Origin: Octopus sinensis
Lineage: Eukaryota
Reading direction: 5' to 3'
DNA length: 64,000 nt
Assembly (NCBI RefSeq): GCF_006345805.1
Contig: NC_043000.1
Coordinates: 132,122,001-132,186,000 of the forward strand
Shown here: one piece after another, positions 60,901 through 64,000 of the stretch
Layout: each line of letters opens with the position of its first letter
Numbering within the stretch: position 1 is the first letter of the stretch
The notes under the pieces: generated by a model
Told to the model about the DNA's origin: nothing
The model's database searches: none
Seen by the model: the letters and a program-made list of their open reading frames with translations, nothing else
Position numbers and translations under genes: made by a program

Positions 60901-62496
60901 ATTAGAGGATATTAAAGTACCAGAAGAAGTGACTGGGTCACTCTCTTTGGGTTGAGTTGGTGCTAATGAATTTGTTGAGAGCCCATCCACTGTACTTGTA
61001 GGAACGGTAAATGTAGATGAAGTGCAGGCTTCGGTGGAGTTGTTACCATGGCCAGATATTATAGAATTCTGAAATTAGACAAATACAAGTAACCCTTTAA
61101 TTTTTAAGGTTTTATTATAATTTATTAACCTTTTTGATATGAACCCATCACTGGGTCTGTATATAAAACTGCCTGGGTTTTTAATGTTCATACTTAAATT
61201 TAAACTTTTCATCATAATTTTAGGTAAATAAAATATATTAATTAATGAAAATGTTACTTTAACTAAATCCCTTCAAATTCTTGATTATTTTAACAATTAA
61301 TAGGAACACATGTTTGAAGTAACTTGATTAGAAAAATGATCCCAAAATACTTAAGGAAAACTAATTAATGCCAATCCAGAGTGAACCATAAGCAATCAGA
61401 CATCTTTATATCACATGTATAGCTATCAGTGAAAAAGATCAAGAAATACTGATTTATTCCCTAGGTAAAGAGTCCCGGATTTACAAAAGACAGAAATGAA
61501 AGTATCCTGTTCATACTTTTCCTGAAGGTGTAAAAAAGCATACAAAGAATCCTTTAAACAACAGTCTTCAATTATAGCCTTGTAAGTGAAATTGGATAAA
61601 TGAATACTATATGTGGAAACCCGTCAGACAGACTATTCCTACTCTTCAGTGGTAGACAATCCATTGAGCAGTTTCACACCACCAACTGATTCTTGGATAC
61701 CTTCATCAGAGTCCTCTCTGTTACAAGCATGCATTCAGACTAGGTTTCCCATAAAGAGTAGTGTCTGTGGCTCCACTTTACCTTCATCAGTCTCCAAGGC
61801 CCTGAAAAAAGACCATAGGACTGGTTCTTCATCATAGGGCTAAGCTTTAAAAGCAATTTTTAATACTTCATTGGAAGGAAATTTTAAACTGAACGTTTTG
61901 ATGGTCACCACTGAAAGAAGTAAAGAAATTTTGATTTCTTTTCAACAATCACAAACCAGTTAGATCAAACTCAATATATTACTGGTACATAGTTTATTGG
62001 TTCTAGGCAGATGGAAGCTAAGTCAATCTCTGCTGCATTTGCATTCAGAATGTTGAGCTGAACATTTCTGCCAACTTGAAAGAAGTAAAGAAATACTTAA
62101 GGGTAATAGACTTAATCCAACATCCTTGCCAACACCATCATCCAGTCAAGGATGCCTTTAGCAGAGTTTGCTCTCCTGCAAGAATTTGGAGCAGTTCTTG
62201 GTCTGAGCATAACTTGAGTTATATACACAATGATTGCTATTTCATCTAACAAATTTTATAGAATAAAAAAGTTTAAAAAATATGAAATTCTGAACATGGT
62301 TTTAGTACCTCTTGAGCAAAAGACGGCATCTGTGAATTCACTATTTGTTGTGAATTTTCCTGAGAGTCACCACCACTTTCTTGACGCTGCTTTTCCTCTT
62401 CTCTTCTCCTTATTTCTTCCTCTTCTCGAGCTTTCCTTTCAGCTTCTTCTTGAACTCTTTTAGCTATTCTTTCAGCTTGTATTTTCAAACAAGTTG
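21718..62496 (-). CDS. BPTF: BPTF/NURF301 nucleosome-remodeling factor subunit, 5'-partial; 18 exons, 7841 nt
   Basis: Conserved blocks ALNKHQH..., [29 protein letters not shown], two PHD fingers and a C-terminal bromodomain (WPF, YYN). All 17 junctions are GT-AG and phase-consistent. The DDT/PHD1 exons lie beyond 64000. Confidence 0.96.
22142..22324. mobile_element. hAT-like MITE
   Basis: TIR cagtggttcccaac / gttgggaaccacta; 8-bp TSD ttctaggg. Confidence 0.85.
22473..22897 (+). mobile_element. 5'-truncated CR1-like LINE
   Basis: [12 protein letters not shown]...[10 protein letters not shown]...[16 protein letters not shown]...FK; (ATT)n tail. Confidence 0.88.
23134..23660 (-). mobile_element. 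RTE LINE 3' fragment (ORF2 end plus UTR)
   Basis: [16 protein letters not shown] matches the end of the 44429 ORF2; shared terminal about 250 nt; (GAT)n tail. Confidence 0.8.
24140..24224 (-). CDS. BPTF: BPTF window-exon 17 (85 nt), bromodomain ZA loop
   Basis: [28 protein letters not shown]. Confidence 0.97.
24790..25178 (+). mobile_element. CORE-like SINE family 2, near full length
   Basis: Close to 4133-4514 and 29869-30269. Confidence 0.88.
25321..25516 (-). CDS. BPTF: BPTF window-exon 16 (196 nt), PHD-B C-half
   Basis: [18 protein letters not shown]...YLCPTC...LLRSLQ. Confidence 0.97.
27298..27471 (-). CDS. BPTF: BPTF window-exon 15 (174 nt), PHD-A C-half plus PHD-B N-half
   Basis: [17 protein letters not shown]...YVCDEC...[14 protein letters not shown]; phase 2-2. 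Confidence 0.97.
29546..29793 (-). CDS. BPTF: BPTF window-exon 14 (248 nt), start of PHD-A
   Basis: ...[16 protein letters not shown]; phase 0-2. Confidence 0.95.
29869..30269 (+). mobile_element. CORE-like SINE family 2, near full length
   Basis: Same family as 24790-25178. Confidence 0.88.
30301..30526 (-). CDS. BPTF: BPTF window-exon 13 (226 nt), coiled coil
   Basis: [20 protein letters not shown]...[19 protein letters not shown]. Confidence 0.95.
30811..31031 (-). mobile_element. RTE LINE 3'UTR fragment
   Basis: Same tail as 14204-14515. Confidence 0.8.
31989..32292 (-). CDS. BPTF: BPTF window-exon 12 (304 nt)
   Basis: [18 protein letters not shown]...[11 protein letters not shown]; phase 1-2. 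Confidence 0.9.
32627..32926 (+). mobile_element. tRNA-SINE family 3 (V-domain-like)
   Basis: Homologous to 9327-9627; contains tgtgatggactggcgtcctgtccag. Confidence 0.8.
33358..33578. mobile_element. piggyBac-like MITE, family B
   Basis: TTAA TSD on both sides; TIR ccctttcattacc / ggtaacgaaaggg (12/13). Confidence 0.82.
33804..34757 (-). CDS. BPTF: BPTF window-exon 11 (954 nt), Thr/Ala-rich
   Basis: [14 protein letters not shown]...[11 protein letters not shown]; phase 1-1. Confidence 0.88.
34300..34480 (-). repeat. Coding ACA/GCA trinucleotide tract (poly-Thr/poly-Ala) in BPTF
   Basis: (gtt)n/(gct)n on the plus strand inside exon 33804-34757. Confidence 0.9.
35051..35271. mobile_element. 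piggyBac-like MITE, family A
   Basis: TTAA|ccctttag ... ctaaaggg|TTAA. Confidence 0.82.
35760..35873 (-). CDS. BPTF: BPTF window-exon 10 (114 nt)
   Basis: TVQIRPQ...[17 protein letters not shown]; phase 1-1. Confidence 0.85.
36925..37142. mobile_element. hAT-like MITE inserted into a SINE (about 36760-37175)
   Basis: TIR cagtgcttttcaa / ttgaaaaccactg; TSD gtctaacc/gtctaaca (7/8). Confidence 0.82.
37378..37581 (-). CDS. BPTF: BPTF window-exon 9 (204 nt)
   Basis: [12 protein letters not shown]...QLQATR; phase 1-1. Confidence 0.8.
37870..38213 (-). CDS. BPTF: BPTF window-exon 8 (344 nt)
   Basis: [11 protein letters not shown]...[14 protein letters not shown]...LASP. Confidence 0.92.
38563..38701 (-). 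CDS. BPTF: BPTF window-exon 7 (139 nt)
   Basis: [14 protein letters not shown]...[12 protein letters not shown]. Confidence 0.95.
39620..39833 (-). mobile_element. Family 1 SINE with an 18-bp TSD
   Basis: aagatttt(t/a)atatttatt at 39602-39619 and 39834-39851. Confidence 0.8.
41066..41832 (+). mobile_element. Degenerate RTE LINE 3' part with internal deletions
   Basis: IVFVCGRC...[24 protein letters not shown]...[10 protein letters not shown]; RTE tail. Confidence 0.85.
44076..44428. mobile_element. Tc1/mariner-like MITE
   Basis: 28-bp inverted repeats at 44081-44108 and 44397-44424 (1 mismatch); TA|CAGT left end. Confidence 0.7.
44429..45947 (+). mobile_element. Young 5'-truncated RTE LINE (ORF2 C-terminus, stop at 45125, long 3'UTR, GAT tail)
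   Basis: Open frame [14 protein letters not shown]...FRYLGD...AMLHGSETW...RRLRWYGHV...GRGRPRKTW. Confidence 0.93.
45210..45667 (+). repeat. About 160-bp tandem repeat (about 2.9 copies) in the RTE 3'UTR
   Basis: Units start at 45210, 45369 and 45533. Confidence 0.9.
47820..48028. mobile_element. piggyBac-like MITE, family A
   Basis: TTAA|ccctttag ... ctaaaggg|TTAA. Confidence 0.8.
48034..48244. mobile_element. Degenerate piggyBac-like MITE related to family B, abutting the previous MITE
   Basis: Diverged similarity to the reverse complement of 33358-33578; TTAA at the right end. Confidence 0.55.
48790..49090 (+). mobile_element. Decayed RT fragment, R4/Dong-like
   Basis: [10 protein letters not shown]...[14 protein letters not shown] resembles the GCKEQLLID...WIDYKKAFD motif. 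Confidence 0.4.
49544..51378 (-). mobile_element. RTE LINE (second family): APE endonuclease plus C-terminus, RT deleted
   Basis: GVGVLV...SDRVM...DDFN...[14 protein letters not shown] (APE); IMNEENEW linker; then GFCYLGDR...AMLYGSETW; GAT tail. Confidence 0.85.
51917..55406 (-). CDS. BPTF: BPTF window-exon 6, giant exon (3490 nt)
   Basis: [13 protein letters not shown]...CYSPFCR...Thr-rich repeats...[12 protein letters not shown]...LRWDD...[11 protein letters not shown]; phase 0-1. Confidence 0.97.
53466..54374 (-). repeat. Coding minisatellite: 25 x 36 bp ([12 protein letters not shown]) in the BPTF giant exon
   Basis: 909 nt = 25 units (one of 33 nt) plus 12 nt; frame preserved. Confidence 0.95.
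55610..55850 (+). mobile_element. Decayed CRE-like (RLE) retrotransposon C-terminus
   Basis: [24 protein letters not shown]...[18 protein letters not shown] resembles the F.P.AVETSG..G...WLFQR.SLAI.RGNA end of CRE ORFs. Confidence 0.55.
56424..56566 (-). CDS. BPTF: BPTF window-exon 5 (143 nt)
   Basis: [14 protein letters not shown]...[11 protein letters not shown]. Confidence 0.95.
56823..57068 (+). mobile_element. RTE LINE 3'UTR fragment
   Basis: Same tail as 45700-45947; (GAT)n. Confidence 0.82.
57687..58170 (+). mobile_element. RTE LINE internal fragment: RT core plus in-frame PHD-like finger
   Basis: One frame with 3 stops: [16 protein letters not shown]...ELLCADV (for YADD)...TKTKV...CLIC-x10-CTWC-x4-H-x2-C-x14-CGR. 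Confidence 0.85.
58665..59048 (-). CDS. BPTF: BPTF window-exon 4 (384 nt)
   Basis: [24 protein letters not shown]...FLHPNW...PVWTESL, a highly conserved block. Confidence 0.97.
59356..59559 (-). CDS. BPTF: BPTF window-exon 3 (204 nt)
   Basis: [18 protein letters not shown]...GYFKLG; phase 1-1. Confidence 0.9.
59675..60290 (-). mobile_element. Tandem array of 3 family 1 SINEs with AAT spacers
   Basis: Same core as 100-900. Confidence 0.8.
60816..61068 (-). CDS. BPTF: BPTF window-exon 2 (253 nt)
   Basis: [15 protein letters not shown]...KQAEKSET; phase 0-1; open frame. Confidence 0.75.
62309..62496 (-). CDS. BPTF: BPTF window-exon 1 (188 nt)
   Basis: [27 protein letters not shown]...AQE; phase 1-0; weakly conserved sequence. 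Confidence 0.75.
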
Positions 62497-62639
62497 CTAA
62501 ATGACAAACAAATGAAACAGTGAGTATTCAAAAGCTAATGCATATACTGACATAATAATTAAAGACAAAAACAAATGTAAGCTATATCAAGGTTTATGAA
62601 TCGAAACTAATATTATTTAATTCTTAATTAGCTGTATAG

Positions 62640-63208
62640 CTCTAAGGTAAACTTGACCATGGCAGGATCTGCACTCAGAATGTAAAGAACCACAAGGAAA
62701 ACTGCAAGGCATTATTATGCTCTAACCATTCTGCCAATCCACTAACTTTAGTAACTGTTTACATAAGCACAAGGTCAGAAATTTAGAGGAGGGTAACAGT
62801 CAATTATATCACCCTCAGTATGTGACTGGTACTTTATTTTATCGATTCCAAAACAATAAAAACAAAGTTGGCATCAGCACAATTTGAACTCAGAATGCTA
62901 AGAATCAAAGCAAATATGTTCAAGCATTTTTTCCAACACTATACCAATCCTGCCAATCTACAGCCCTAATAATCCTTTCTACTAAAGGCACAAAACCCAA
63001 AATTTGGGAGAAGGGACTACTTGATTACATCGATCCCCTAGTGTTTCAATGACAATTTATCAACCAAGAAAGAATGAAAGGCAAAGTTGACCTCAGCAGG
63101 AATTTGAACTCAGAATGTAGTGACGGGCAAAATACTGCCAAGCATTTTGTCCAGCATGCTAACAATTCTGCCAGCTCACTACCTTAACTAATAATAATAA
63201 TAATAATG

Positions 63209-63240
<32 letters not shown>
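62640..63240 (-). mobile_element. Tandem array of family 1 SINEs with an AAT tract
   Basis: Same core as 100-900. Confidence 0.75.
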
Positions 63241-63241
<1 letters not shown>

Positions 63242-63660
63242 TATTGACAAAATGCACTCACATGATATGGTTTATCCATTTGACATCAGGGTCAACAAAA
63301 AAACAAAAAGTAGAGTATTATACTGACTTCATGTAGGAAATTCTTAAATATTAGAATAAAAAAATTGACAAGGTTGTGACTCAGCTAATTATCTTTGGGG
63401 CTTTGAGAACTATGGCAAAAAATTTAAGAGGAAATCTTGTAAAACTAGATCTTAATCTGGGAGTGAATGCAGTGCAGGAAACTAGCTTACTTGGATCAGC
63501 AAGAATTATCAAGGAAGTAAGGACATATAAGAATGTCATGGAGGAAACTTAATAGGAAAAAGGATAAAAATACTTCTGTTCCTTGATCCTGAGTTGTGGT
63601 CTGACAGAAAGTATGGTTAAAACATTAATGCCATATAACAGCAAAAAATAACATTATAAG

Positions 63661-64000
63661 TGCAAGCGTGGTTGTGTGTGCTTTGCAACCACATGGTTCC
63701 AGGTTCAGTCCCACTGTGTGGCACTTTGGGCAAGTGCCTGCTACTATAGTCTCTGGCTGACCAAAGCCTTGAGAGAGGATTTGGGAGATGGAAACTGAAA
63801 GAAGCCTATTATGCGTGTGTGTGAGTTTGTCCCCCACCACTTCAACAACCTGTGTTTGTGTGTATGTCCCTGTAACTTAGCAGTCTGACAAAAGAGACCG
63901 ATAGAATATGTACCCGGCTTAAAACAAAATACATGTACTAGGGTCAATTCGTTTAACTTAAATTTTTCAAGGTGGTGCCCCAGCATGACCACGGTCTAAT
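63661..64000 (+). mobile_element. Diverged CORE-like SINE family 2, running off the window end
   Basis: accacatggttccaggttcagtcccact..ggcactttgggcaagtg. Confidence 0.8.

Noticed and set aside
61613-61837. Possible extra BPTF exon after TTTTTTCAG
   Set aside because: All three minus-strand frames hit stops, and the flanking exons already join in phase 0

Overview
AT-rich, intron-rich animal genomic DNA, most likely octopus or another cephalopod. This is an inference from its tRNA-SINE families, RTE/CR1 LINEs and dense AAT/GAT/AT microsatellites. Three housekeeping genes were reconstructed by hand from GT-AG splice sites with consistent phases. CHMP6/VPS20 is on the minus strand, coding exons 1-4 (11026->2186), with the rest beyond the window start. 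PIGX is on the plus strand and complete (6 coding exons, 11881->20714, 241 aa), head-to-head with CHMP6. The 3' 18 exons of BPTF/NURF301 are on the minus strand (62496->21718, about 2612 aa, ending PHD-PHD-bromodomain), tail-to-tail with PIGX. Introns are filled with SINEs, MITEs and LINE fragments. Best candidates for something new: (1) a tRNA-headed SINE-like element whose tail carries a Penelope-type minimal hammerhead ribozyme, inserted as an inverted dimer with a 12-bp flanking direct repeat in CHMP6 intron 1; (2) an RTE LINE family with a C4HC3 PHD-like finger inside its reverse transcriptase region; (3) a 25-copy 36-bp coding minisatellite in BPTF; (4) a symmetric exon whose skipping would convert the double PHD into a single PHD. 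No database searches or folding programs were run. All family names come from motif recognition.
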